Shown here: positions 30,378 through 40,500 of the stretch, piece by piece
Numbering within the stretch: the first letter of the stretch is position 1
Layout: the number at the start of each line of letters is the position of its first letter
From: an uncultured Actinomycetes bacterium
Lineage (GTDB): Bacteria > Actinomycetota > Thermoleophilia > RBG-16-64-13
Direction: 5' to 3'
Length of the DNA: 64,000 nt
Assembly (NCBI GenBank): GCA_963706025.1
Contig: CAVPLM010000003.1
Coordinates: 64,001 to 128,000, forward strand
The notes under the pieces: generated by a model
Seen by the model: the letters and a program-made list of their open reading frames with translations, nothing else
Databases searched by the model: none
What the model was told of the DNA's origin: nothing
Position numbers and translations under genes: made by a program

Positions 30378-32423
30378 GTGCAGCTGCAACTCTCGCTTGC
30401 GGTGGCCGACAGACTCCACGAGACCATGTTGGTGCGTGGAGAACCGCTTGATGCGGTGGAAGCCGTCCGCCTGCTCGTCGCCTCCCCGAACGCTCCCGTG
30501 GCTCTCTGTGACGAGATCCTGGCCGCGCTTGTGGAGCACGACCAGCGGTTCTGCTGGAAGGACGTCCACGCGGGACTGGCGGCTACCGGCGCCCGCCAGG
30601 TCTCGCTGCATCACTGGGAAGTGCCCGACCCCGATCTGGCCGATGTCCCCTTCGTGGCCCTCGACCTGGAGACTACGGGGGCGCGACCTGGGCTCAGCAA
30701 GATCACGGAGATCGGAGCGGTGAGGATCGAGGGCTTCCAGGAAGTGAGACGCTTCAGCACGCTTGTGAACCCACTCAGACCTATCCCGCCCATCATCACC
30801 CAGATCACGGGGATCACGCAGGAGATGGTGGCCGAGGCGCCGCGTATCGAAGAAGTCATCCCTGAGCTGCTGGAGTTCCTTGAGGGAGCGATCGTGGTGG
30901 CACACAACGCGTCGTTCGACGTGGGCTTTCTCAACTACGAGCTTCGCCGCCTGAAAGGTCGCAGGCTCGGGGATGGAGCCATCGACACCTTGCCCCTGGC
31001 CCGGGCGCTGGCCCCGGGTCTGCCCAACTATCGCCTGCATACGGTTGCCGAGGCTCTGGGTGCGCCGGTAACGGCCTGCCATCGCGCCCTCGCCGATGCC
31101 CAGGCCGCCGGGTATGTCTTCGTCACCCTGGTAGGGCGCCTGCAGGAACGAGGCATCACTCGTCTGGGCGAGGCCCGGTCGTACATCAGCCCCGCTTCCC
31201 ACGGTGCGTTGGAGAAGCTGCGATTGACCCGAGATGTTCCCCGGACTCCCGGCACGTACCGCTTCGTCGACAAGGATGGCATCATCCTGTACGTGGGCAA
31301 GGCCGATCGACTGCGCGAGAGGGTGCGCTCGTACTTCGTGGCCCATGGCGATCATTCCCGCAAAGTGCGACAGGCGGTGCGCCTGGTGGACCGCATAGAT
31401 TGGGAAGAGGCCGGCACACCTCTCGAGGCCGTGGTTCGAGAACAGGAGCTCATCCTCCAGCACCGACCTCCCTGCAACTTCCACGGAGGTCGACCGGAGA
31501 GCTACGTCTACCTCAAAGTAGGAGGTTCCGGTCCTGGTCTGAACCTCTACGTCAGCAACCGGCCACCCGCCTGGCTTGTCGCGTCAGAGACCGATGGCGA
31601 CCGGTCGCGGGGAGGCGGGGCCGGGCCTTCTCGCCTTCCTCTGGTCATCGGCCCGTTCCGCGGCCGCGCCCGGCTCAACGCGGCCTTGGATCTGCTCCAA
31701 CGCTGTTACCCCGTGCGCCGCTGCCCCAGGCGCCCCGACGGACGTCCCTGTGTGCGTGGGGAAGGGAACCACTGCCTCGCCCCATGCACCGGTGACCCCC
31801 TGGTCCGAACCGAACACGACACCCTGGTGATGGGAATCGTCGGTTGGCTAGCAGGTCACGCCGAAACGAGCCTCCCGGATCCTTTGGAGCGCGCTCAGGA
31901 GGTCGTGCGGTCTCTGTCCCGCCAAAGACGGTACGAACAGGCCCAGAACCTTCAGGAGGCGTGCGACCATCTGCTGAGTGTGTGCCGCTCCTATCAGTCT
32001 CTGGCTGAAGCCCGGACCCTCTGTTTCGCCGCCCTCTGGCCGGAGTCCGGGAACGGCGACGGCCCCGGGGTGCGGATGAACCTGGTGCGGAACGGCCGAC
32101 TTTGCGAGGCCGTGTCGCTCCGATCCGACGGGCTCGAACAGCAGCTGGGGGCGGCGCTCGCCGGCATGGTGGACCGGAGGACGACATTTCCCGAGTCGAG
32201 CGCCGCCCCGCCCTTCGTGGCAGTGCCGCAGAAGGAACTCGACTCGTTGCTGGCGGTCCGGCGCTGGTTCCATGAGGGGAGGGCCGCGGTGAAAGTACCT
32301 TTCCCCGCGGCCCCAGAGAACCACGCGCACCTGGAGCCCTTGAAGGCCGGCCTCGTAGCCGAGGCCCTCAGGCTCCTGTCATCGGAACCGGCGGCCCAGG
32401 AGGCCGGACCGGCTGTCCACTAG
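30378..32423 (+). CDS. DEDDh exonuclease (DnaQ-like) fused to a GIY-YIG/UvrC-like nuclease
   Basis: ALDLETTG, HNASFD, HRALADA; PGTYRF...LYVGKA..LRERVRSYF; Cys cluster C..C..CLAPC. Confidence 0.9.
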   Translation: MQLQLSLAVADRLHETMLVRGEPLDAVEAVRLLVASPNAPVALCDEILAALVEHDQRFCWKDVHAGLAATGARQVSLHHWEVPDPDLADVPFVALDLETTGARPGLSKITEIGAVRIEGFQEVRRFSTLVNPLRPIPPIITQITGITQEMVAEAPRIEEVIPELLEFLEGAIVVAHNASFDVGFLNYELRRLKGRRLGDGAIDTLPLARALAPGLPNYRLHTVAEALGAPVTACHRALADAQAAGYVFVTLVGRLQERGITRLGEARSYISPASHGALEKLRLTRDVPRTPGTYRFVDKDGIILYVGKADRLRERVRSYFVAHGDHSRKVRQAVRLVDRIDWEEAGTPLEAVVREQELILQHRPPCNFHGGRPESYVYLKVGGSGPGLNLYVSNRPPAWLVASETDGDRSRGGGAGPSRLPLVIGPFRGRARLNAALDLLQRCYPVRRCPRRPDGRPCVRGEGNHCLAPCTGDPLVRTEHDTLVMGIVGWLAGHAETSLPDPLERAQEVVRSLSRQRRYEQAQNLQEACDHLLSVCRSYQSLAEARTLCFAALWPESGNGDGPGVRMNLVRNGRLCEAVSLRSDGLEQQLGAALAGMVDRRTTFPESSAAPPFVAVPQKELDSLLAVRRWFHEGRAAVKVPFPAAPENHAHLEPLKAGLVAEALRLLSSEPAAQEAGPAVH

Positions 32424-32439
32424 GTCGTAGTCTCGGACT

Positions 32440-32625
32440 TCAGACCGCCGCGACCTCAGTCTTGGGAAGCTGGATATTATTGGCCCTCATCACCGCCGTA
32501 AGAAGACTGCGATCGATCTTCCCCTTGTATATGGGAATGCCTTCCTTGACGCACAACTGGATCACGTCGCGAGTCCCCGTGCCCAGTTCCGCCGCCAGCT
32601 CTTCGGGGGTGAAGTGGTTGGCCAT
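32440..32625 (-). CDS. 61-aa putative HTH-like small protein
   Basis: MANHFTPEELAAELGTGTRDVIQLCVKEGIPIYKGKIDRSLL...; strong RBS GAAAGGAG. Confidence 0.8.
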   Translation of the reverse strand: MANHFTPEELAAELGTGTRDVIQLCVKEGIPIYKGKIDRSLLTAVMRANNIQLPKTEVAAV

Positions 32626-32663
32626 GAGATCTCCTTTCCGAACTACTGAGTACCCAGGGCGAG

Positions 32664-32700
32664 AACAAACAAAAAAGCCCAGCAGCATCGACTGCCAGGC
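32664..32700 (-). terminator. Intrinsic terminator within the 5' leader of the small protein
   Basis: GCCTGGCAGT-CGAT-GCTGCTGGGC followed by TTTTTTGTTTGTT, upstream of the RBS. Confidence 0.75.
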
Positions 32701-32785
32701 CACTTACCTTACATAGACCACCGGCGCGGGTACTTGTCTGCGGTCACCCCCGAGCCTCTGTCTTAGTACCTTCCTCATCGTCACT

Positions 32786-32814
32786 ATTGTATCCCTACCC
32801 GCCGCCTGGGGCAA
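32786..32814 (-). promoter_or_regulatory. Sigma-A-type promoter
   Basis: TTGCCC-N17-TACAAT. Confidence 0.75.
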
Positions 32815-32855
32815 ATGCGATCCTTCGGGCGGACGCCTTCACTTCTACGTCCACT

Positions 32856-34091
32856 CTAAGGTTCTTGCAGATCCTCTCGAAGCAGGAGAAACTCCACTTC
32901 TTCCCCTGCGCGGACCCCCCGAGGACCTCCGGGAACGAAGGCCAAGCCGTTAGCTCCCACCATCGATCGCAGGATGCCCGACCCCTGAGCGCCGGTGGAG
33001 CTGACATGCCAGATGCTCCCTTCGCGCCAGGCCCGTACCCTCACCACGTACGTCCGTCCGTCGGAGTTCACAACGTCTTCTGCGATGATGGCACGATACG
33101 GCGGCCGGGTCGTCTTGCGATAGCCCATGAGACGCAGCAGCGCCGGGCGAACGAAGAGCTCGAAAGAGACCATGGCCGACACCGGGTTCCCCGGAAGGCC
33201 GAAGACCAATGTGCCGTCCCGGACGCCGAACGCTAAGGGCTTGCCCGGCTTCATTGCCACGCCCCACAGGCGGCGCTCGACCCCCAGTTCGTCTTGGACT
33301 TCCTTCACGAAGTCGAACTCTCCTACGGACACCCCCCCGGACGTGAGGAGGACATCGTACGTCAACCCCTGCTCGATGAGCTCCCGAGTCGCCGCGTAGT
33401 CATCGGGAACGATGCCCAATGCGGTCGCTTGGATCCCCAGTTGCAGGCACTGACCTCTCAGCGAATAGCTGTTGGAGTTGCGGATCTGTCCGGGACCCAG
33501 AGGTTGGTCCACCTCGACCAATTCGCTACCGGTGGAGATGATGGCCACTCTTGGGAGCCGATGGACTTGCACAGATGGCAGCCCCAGGCTGGCTATCAGG
33601 CCGATCTCAGCCGGTCCGAGGACACTGCCGGCCGCCAGCACCCGATCTCCCCGACCCACGTCTTCACCGGACCTGCGGATGTTCCTGCCCGGCCTGACAG
33701 ACTCCAAGACGAGGACGCGGCTGCCCTCTTCCCTGGTCGACTCGGATTGCACGACGGCGTCCGCGCCCACGGGCAGGGGTGCCCCGGTCATGATCTTTGC
33801 CGCTTCGCCAGGACCCAGGCGATGCTTCGCCATGTGGCCCGCGGGGATGGTCTCCGAGATGAGCAGGGCCGTCGGCGAATCCGCATTCGCATCGACTACG
33901 TCGGCGGCCCTCACCGCAAAGCCGTCCATGGCGGAGTTGTCAAAGGGGGGCACGCTGTGAGGCGCCACTATCTCCTCGCCCAGCACTGCCCCAAGCGCTT
34001 CCACCAACGAGCGCGTCTCCAGGGGGAGTGGAGCCGCTTCGGCCAGGACCCGAGTCCTCGCCTCTTCTATGCTCACCAACTTGCTGGGCAC
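32856..34091 (-). CDS. moeA: Molybdopterin molybdotransferase
   Basis: VPPFDNSAMDGFA, IMTGAP.P.GADAVV, ISTGSEL, TSGGVSVG, MKPGKP, GLPGNPVS; GTG start after GAAGGA. Confidence 0.95.
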   Translation of the reverse strand: MPSKLVSIEEARTRVLAEAAPLPLETRSLVEALGAVLGEEIVAPHSVPPFDNSAMDGFAVRAADVVDANADSPTALLISETIPAGHMAKHRLGPGEAAKIMTGAPLPVGADAVVQSESTREEGSRVLVLESVRPGRNIRRSGEDVGRGDRVLAAGSVLGPAEIGLIASLGLPSVQVHRLPRVAIISTGSELVEVDQPLGPGQIRNSNSYSLRGQCLQLGIQATALGIVPDDYAATRELIEQGLTYDVLLTSGGVSVGEFDFVKEVQDELGVERRLWGVAMKPGKPLAFGVRDGTLVFGLPGNPVSAMVSFELFVRPALLRLMGYRKTTRPPYRAIIAEDVVNSDGRTYVVRVRAWREGSIWHVSSTGAQGSGILRSMVGANGLAFVPGGPRGVRAGEEVEFLLLREDLQEP

Positions 34092-34149
34092 GAGCCGATC
34101 CTTCAATGGGTCACGCGGTCTCGATCTTGCACGCTTTGCACTCTCAGTG

Positions 34150-34177
34150 TAAACCGTTGTGGGCTCACGGCCGATAA
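34150..34177 (+). promoter_or_regulatory. Consensus sigma28 (FliA/WhiG/SigD)-type promoter
   Basis: TAAA(34150-53)-N16-GCCGATAA(34170-77), ending 10 nt before the ATG at 34188. Confidence 0.8.
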
Positions 34178-34187
34178 GAAGAATAGC

Positions 34188-34424
34188 ATGAGCGCAAGAA
34201 GCAAAGAGCCCAAACCCGTGATCGACGTGAAAGCAACCGCCACAGAGCGCACCCATCTCCCGGTAACCGACCCGGTGGTGTGCCGGCCCGCTCCGTCGAG
34301 AGCCGCTCACGTGCGTGCGATCCACGATATGGTCCGGGCCAACGACTATGTCGTGCCCGCTGGGCTCGTTGCTGAGCGGATGCTGGAGCAGGCCGCACCC
34401 GGGAAGCGCGACCCCGAAGACTAG
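34188..34424 (+). CDS. FlgM-like anti-sigma28 factor (78 aa)
   Basis: Hidden as the tail of shadow ORF 33294-34424. C-terminal RAAHVRAIHDMVRANDYVVPAGLVAERML matches the FlgM pattern R..kV..ik..i..g.Y.v....vAekml. Confidence 0.7.
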   Translation: MSARSKEPKPVIDVKATATERTHLPVTDPVVCRPAPSRAAHVRAIHDMVRANDYVVPAGLVAERMLEQAAPGKRDPED

Positions 34425-34523
34425 GGAACGCAAGACCGGACTGCCGGCCGCCCGTTACCCCTGCGCTTCGCCGGCCTGAATCTGGAACCTCACTTGCGAC
34501 AATATCCGTCCTAAGGCATCTAT

Positions 34524-34552
34524 TTGCCTCCTCGCTCCGGTGGGCATAGAAT
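34524..34552 (+). promoter_or_regulatory. Sigma-A-type promoter
   Basis: TTGCCT-N17-TAGAAT, 30 nt upstream of the ATG at 34583. Confidence 0.7.
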
Positions 34553-34582
34553 TCAGGGTCCGCAAGCGAACGGGGGACAGAT

Positions 34583-36421
34583 ATGCCTCTCACGATACGC
34601 CGGCGTTTGGTCGACCGCGTACGACAGCGGAGGAAGATCGCCTACGTTGTGTGCGCCGGACTGGTGGTCCTAGCCGGCGCCGTCGTGTTCCTGTCCGTCT
34701 CCTCACCCGCCGCCAGCGTCGAGCTGGCTACCGGTTCTACTTTCTTCGACCCCGGCCGGACCCTGCGCGTGGCCGAAGAGATGTTGATCTATCCGCAGCG
34801 CACCATCGGCTCTGAAGATGCGGCCGGTGCCACGTCGTGGCTGGCGGACAAGCTCACCAACACCCTGGGCATACCCAACGAGATAGACACTTTCACCACG
34901 ACCTTGGGGGACGAGGAGGTCACACTGCGTAATGTGACCGTCGTCCTCCAGGGCGCCAGCAAAGAGACGATCGTCGTGACGGCGCCGCGAGACGTTCCCA
35001 CGATCGTGAAGGTAGATCCCCTGGCCTACACCAGCGCCACGGCCATTCTTGTAGACCTCGCGCAGGTCTTCGCCGCCCGCCCCCACCAAAAGACCCTCGT
35101 CTTCCTGTCCACGGAGGATGGCAACAGCGGGGGGTTAGGCATTAGCCGGTTCCTGGACACCTACGAGGGGAGTGAAGACGTCAGCACCATCCTCTCCATC
35201 CAGGGATTGGGGAAGGAGAGGACGCGCTCGTTGCAGGCGGGCGTGACGGCACCGCAGAACACGACCCCGGGGTGGTATGTGCAACTGACGAGCCGGATCC
35301 TCGAGAAAGCCGGCCTCGGCCTCCAGGTGCCGGGAATGCTGAGTCAGGCCGCCGACCAGGCTCTTGCCTTGTCCCGTGGAGACCAGGTGGCGGGCCTGAG
35401 CCGGGGCATCGCCTCTCTGATGATCTATGACGAGACCCCCGGAAGCCCCACCGCCGCCGGCCTTTACACACACGGAGGGGCCGTCGAAAGCCTGATCCTC
35501 TCTCTGGACGCCGGCACTGAGGCACCGCCGGACCCCGGCACCGCTCTGCTTCTTCAGTCCGGCCGCTACCTTACGAATCAGGCCATCGCCCTGCTTGCCA
35601 TTCTCATGCTCTTGCCCACTATCGCCGCACTGCTCATCTGGCTGTTCACTTCCCGCGTCACCGGCCGGGCCGCTCTACGACACCTGCGCAACCTACTCTC
35701 GTTCGCGCTCCCTCTGGGGTTCATGTTCCTGCTGAGCTACCTACTGGCCGCAGTTGGTCTCATACCCCGCTACAGTCTCCAGGTGCCCACGATCACCGGA
35801 CCGGCCACGCAGCCCCGTCTTGCCCCCACCCTCATCCTCATCCTGCTGGGACTCGCCGCCTTCGTATTGTCGCGGCATTTCCTGGGCTACCTCCGCCCCC
35901 GAGAGGAGAGGGCGGCTACGGAGATGGCCCGACTTTCGACCGGCTTCTTCAGTCTCTTCATAGGCTTGGCGCTGATGCTGTCCCGCTCCCCTTTCCTGCT
36001 GCTGCCCTGTATCGCCGCAGCTTGGGCTTGGCCGCTTGCCACCTGCTTCGCCGAACCCGTCTACACCGGGGCGCTGTGGCGGCATCGTCTCACTTCGAAC
36101 GCTCCGCTGCTGCTCTTGGGCCTACTGGCCCCCATCCTCCTCTATGTCTACGTGGCCACGGCCGGCGGGGTGGGGTGGTGGGGAACCTGGTGGTTCCTAC
36201 TGGTTCAGACGGTCTCCGGCGCCTACGGAGTGACCGGGCCGGTGGCGATGGTCTTCATCACCTCCGCCTTCCTGGTCTTGCTCGGGGTCAAGCGGATGCG
36301 GGTGGTCCCGATCGAGACGTTAGAGGTCACGGACGAACTGAGCCTGCTCGAGCTTCCGGTGCCGCGGGAGCGACGCCGGTCGCGCGCGCCGTCGCGCCCG
36401 CCCCTGTCCCCCTGGAGTTGA
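34583..36421 (+). CDS. M28 peptidase-fold multipass membrane protein with degenerate metal ligands
   Basis: N-terminal TM; NVTVVLQG..KETIVVTAPRD, TAILVDLA, KTLVFLSTE; about 7-8 C-terminal hydrophobic helices. Confidence 0.75.
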   Translation: MPLTIRRRLVDRVRQRRKIAYVVCAGLVVLAGAVVFLSVSSPAASVELATGSTFFDPGRTLRVAEEMLIYPQRTIGSEDAAGATSWLADKLTNTLGIPNEIDTFTTTLGDEEVTLRNVTVVLQGASKETIVVTAPRDVPTIVKVDPLAYTSATAILVDLAQVFAARPHQKTLVFLSTEDGNSGGLGISRFLDTYEGSEDVSTILSIQGLGKERTRSLQAGVTAPQNTTPGWYVQLTSRILEKAGLGLQVPGMLSQAADQALALSRGDQVAGLSRGIASLMIYDETPGSPTAAGLYTHGGAVESLILSLDAGTEAPPDPGTALLLQSGRYLTNQAIALLAILMLLPTIAALLIWLFTSRVTGRAALRHLRNLLSFALPLGFMFLLSYLLAAVGLIPRYSLQVPTITGPATQPRLAPTLILILLGLAAFVLSRHFLGYLRPREERAATEMARLSTGFFSLFIGLALMLSRSPFLLLPCIAAAWAWPLATCFAEPVYTGALWRHRLTSNAPLLLLGLLAPILLYVYVATAGGVGWWGTWWFLLVQTVSGAYGVTGPVAMVFITSAFLVLLGVKRMRVVPIETLEVTDELSLLELPVPRERRRSRAPSRPPLSPWS

Positions 36422-36467
36422 GGCTTGGCCCGCGGACCGCGGCGGGTGGAGCGACAACTTCCACGTC

Positions 36468-37401
36468 TCAGAGGTATCTCCTCCGCCAGAAGACCACGGC
36501 GAACGCCAGCGACACGACCAGCCAGATGACTATCGTCAGGGTGAAAGCGTGCGCGTACTTCTGGAACGGAAGAGCCACGTTCATGCCCCACATCGAGGCA
36601 ACGATGGTGGGGATCGACAAAAGAATGGTCACCGAGGTGAGGAACTTCAGCACGCCGTTGAGATTGTTCGAGATCACAGAGGTGAACGCGCCCATCATCG
36701 CCGATAAGCGTGTCGGCGTAGATCTTCGCCATCTCCGAAGCCTGCTTGTTCTCGACGATGACGTCTTCGAGCAGGTCCTCGTCCTCCTCGTACATCTTGA
36801 TGCTCTTCGTCCGCAACAGCTTCTGAAGAACCGCTTCGTTGGAGTGTAGTGACGTTGTGAAGTACACCAGGGACTTCTGCAGTCCGAGCAGGTCGAAGAT
36901 CTCCGCGTTCTTCATGGACGCCCGCAGCTCGCGCTCCAACTTCTCCGTCTCCCGGTCGATGCGGCCCAGGTAGCGGAGGTAGAAGGCCGTTATCTGCTGG
37001 AGGATCTGGAAGAGGAAGCGGGTCTTCTTGAAAGTCGCGAAACCTCGGATGGTGTCGCGCTCGAATTCGCCCAGGATCGGGTTAGGCCTTAGGCAGGTGG
37101 TGATGAAATAGTCGGGATGGACCAGCATGCCCAGCGGGATGGTGTGATATCCCTGCTCTTCGTCGCTGCGCACCAGGACCGGTATGTCCACGATGACGTG
37201 AGTCAACCCATCCTCGATGTCTACCCGAGATTTCTCCTCCTCGTCCAAAGGGCTCTTGAGCAGATCGGACGGGATGCAGAGTTCCCGGCTGACCCGTTCC
37301 AATTCCTCCTCGGTGGGACTCACCAGATCGATCCAGGAGCCGGGTTCGAACTCCTCTAGTCGCTCCAGACCAGTAGAGGTCGTTTTGAGAATGGCAAGCA
37401 T
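36468..37401 (-). CDS. corA: CorA-family Mg2+ transporter (one extra base near 36705)
   Basis: WIDLVSPTEEE, LDEEEKSR, KSLVYF, DLLEDVIVENKQA; the next frame has ISNNLN..LKFLT...WGMNV (GMN motif). Confidence 0.92.
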
Positions 37402-37553
37402 GACTCACCCCCTTCACCGTACAGGCGGACGCACCGCGTTTCATCCTTATTGCTTCCCTCGCGTGATTAGGACTACCTGCATCCTGGGCCAGAGACGGCC
37501 CATACTCCGTGCATTCTCTCACGGACCGTCTGCTCGCGCTATCATTCTGACCC

Positions 37554-40500
37554 ATGACCACCTCAGCCGATTCAGTCGAGCGCCACCTCCGCTCGATAAT
37601 CCGCGGTGACATCGAGTTCGACCCGATCAGCCGATACCTCTACGCGACTGACGCCGGTCTCAATCAGGTCGAGCCTCTGGGGGTGGTCTCGCCACGCGAT
37701 GCCGCAGATGTAACCCGGTTGGTCGCCTTCGCGGCCGAGCAGGGTCTCTCCCTTGTCCCTCGCGGAATGGGTTCCGGGCTGGCCGGCGGTGCCGTGGGGG
37801 CAGGTATCCAGGTGGACTTCACCCGTTACATGAACTCCATCCTCGAGGTGGCTCCCGACGGCTCCTGGGCCCGAGTACAGCCGGGAGTGGTGATGGCCTC
37901 CCTGAACCAGCATCTGAAGACACTCGGGACCTTCTTCGCCCCCGACCCCTCGAGCGAGAACTACTGCAGCCTCGGTGGCATGATCGGGACCAACTCCTCC
38001 GGAGCCCGCACGGTGGCCTACGGGGGCACCAAGGACCACGTGCTGGCGCTGGAGGTGGTCTTGGCGGACGGCTCCGAGTTCTCCGCGCGCCCGTACCCAG
38101 AGGACAGCCCTCATCTCGCCGCGCTGCTGGCGTCGAAGACGGCCGGGGGCCGGGCCTTCGCCGCCGTCCTCCCTGAGCTCCGAGCCAAGTGGGACACCAT
38201 CCTCGCCGGCATGCCTCGGGTGGTCAAGAACTGTTCTGGATATCGAGTGGAGACCCTCCTCGGCGAGGCGCACCCGGACTCTCCCGCCGTCTTTCACCTG
38301 CAAAAGACGTTCGTGGGGGCAGAGGGCACTTTGGGCCTGGTCACCGAGGCCACCCTGAACCTGGTACCCCTCCCCAGCGAACGGGGTATCGCCATGGCTT
38401 ACTTCCCTTCGGTGTTCGCCTCCGGGGAAGCCGTGCCCGAGATCCTGGCCCTCTCGCCCACCGCCGTGGAGATCATGGACTCCCGCTTCCTCGCGCTCGT
38501 GCGCAGGCACGATTCCCGGGTCGATGTCATGCTTCCCGATCGCACCGACACAGCCCTCCTGATCGAGTTCGAGGGCCGGGACTCGGAGGAGTTGGATGAG
38601 AAGTTCGCGAGCCTTCGCCGGCATCTGGACACTACCACCGCTCTGAAGGTAGTGCGCGCTGCGAACGCCGGAGAGGCCGATCGCCTGTGGACGGTGCGCA
38701 AGTCGGCGGTCGCCCTGGCTCTGCGCATGCCCGGACCGCGCCGGGCACTGCCCTTCATCGAGGACGTCACCGTGCACCCGACCGAGGTGCCCGGCTACGT
38801 CGACTTCCTGCAACGGCTGTTCGACCGCGAGGGCGTGGAGGCGGTCATGTACGGCCACGTGGGCGACGGCAACATCCACACCCGGCCGCTGCTCGACCCG
38901 AAAGATCCGAGCGACCTCCAGACCATGCAGCGCCTCTACGACGAGGTGTCCGCGTACGTCCTCAGCATCCGGGGCACGATGTCCGGCGAGCATGGGGACG
39001 GGTTGCTCCGGACCCCCTACATCCGGCAGATGTACGGGGACGAGATCTACGGGTTCTTCGCTCATATCAAAGACGCGTTCGATCCCCAGGGTGTGATGAA
39101 CCCGGGAAAGAAGATCGCGCCCCAGGAAGCAAGTGGCAGCCTGCTCCGGGATCTGCGGTACGGCGCCGGCTATCGGACGGTGCCGCAGAAACCTATCCTG
39201 CACTTTCCGAGCAGCGAGTACGAACGCGAGATCGAGAAGTGTCACGGCTGTGGACAGTGCAAGAGCCTGGTCGCGACCACCATGTGCCCCACCTACAAGG
39301 CCACCCGGCGCGAGCACGCCTCTCCCCGGGCGAAGGCCAATCTGCTGAGGAGCATCATCACCGGCGCTCTCGACCCGAAGAGCGCCTACGGTCTGGCCGC
39401 GGCCAAAGCGGTCACCGACTACTGCATCGTGTGCGGCATGTGCGCGGTGGAGTGTCCCTCCAACGTCAACATCCCCAAGCTCATGCTGGAGGCCAAGAGC
39501 AAGTACCGGGCCGTGCACCGCGGTGGCCCGGTCGACATGATCTTCAGCCACGCTGAGACGATGTCGTGGCTCGGCCATGCGGCGGCGCCCCTCGCCAACC
39601 GCGTGATCAACCGCCCCGCATTGCGGCGCCTCGCAGAACCGCTGATGGGGATCGACCGGCGGCGACCCATGGCGCCGTTCGCCCCGACGGCATTCACCCA
39701 GACGCTGGGGGCGGGATGCGACAGCGCGGGCTGCGCTGCCGCCGTGACGCGATCCGCCTCGCTGAGCCGCGCCGAGGCGGCGGAAGCGGAAGCGCTATCC
39801 ACCAAAGCCACCGTGGCCTATTTCTACGATCTATTCGCCGAATACAACGAACCCGAGCTGGCCCAGGCCGTGATGCGGGTCCTTGCCGCCCACGGCATCC
39901 GGGTGCTCCTGCCCGAACAGCGCGCGAGCGGCATCCCGGAGATGCTCTACGGCTATGCCCACCGGGCGCGTAGGGCGGCGGACTTCAACGTTCGCGCCTT
40001 CCTACCCCTGGTGAACTCGGGCGCGGTGCTCGTCAGCGCCGAGCCGACGGCCACCTTCGCCTTCAAGGTGCACTATCCCGACTATCTGAGTGACGCCGCT
40101 TGCTCTCTGGTGGCCAACGCCACCTGCGATCTGGGCGATTTCTTGGTGCGGTACCGGGCGGATCACCCCGAGGCCGCCCCGGCCGCCGGGCCCCTGCGGG
40201 GCGGCGCGCCGAGGGCGCCGGTGAAGACTGGGGCGCGTCCGTCGGACCCCTTGGGCGCGGGCCTCCGCATCGCCTATCACCAGCCCTGCCATCTGAAGGC
40301 CCAGCAGATCGGCAACCCCGGGGTGGAACTCCTACGCGAGATCCCCGGCGTGGAGGTAATCGATCTGGCGGCGGGTTGCTGCGGCATGGCCGGCACTTTC
40401 GGCATGAAGGCCGGCACCTACGATCTCTCCATGCTCACCGGCAGACCGCTGTTCGACCGGGTCGCGGAGGCGGCTCCCGATCTCGTCGCCAGCGAGTGCA

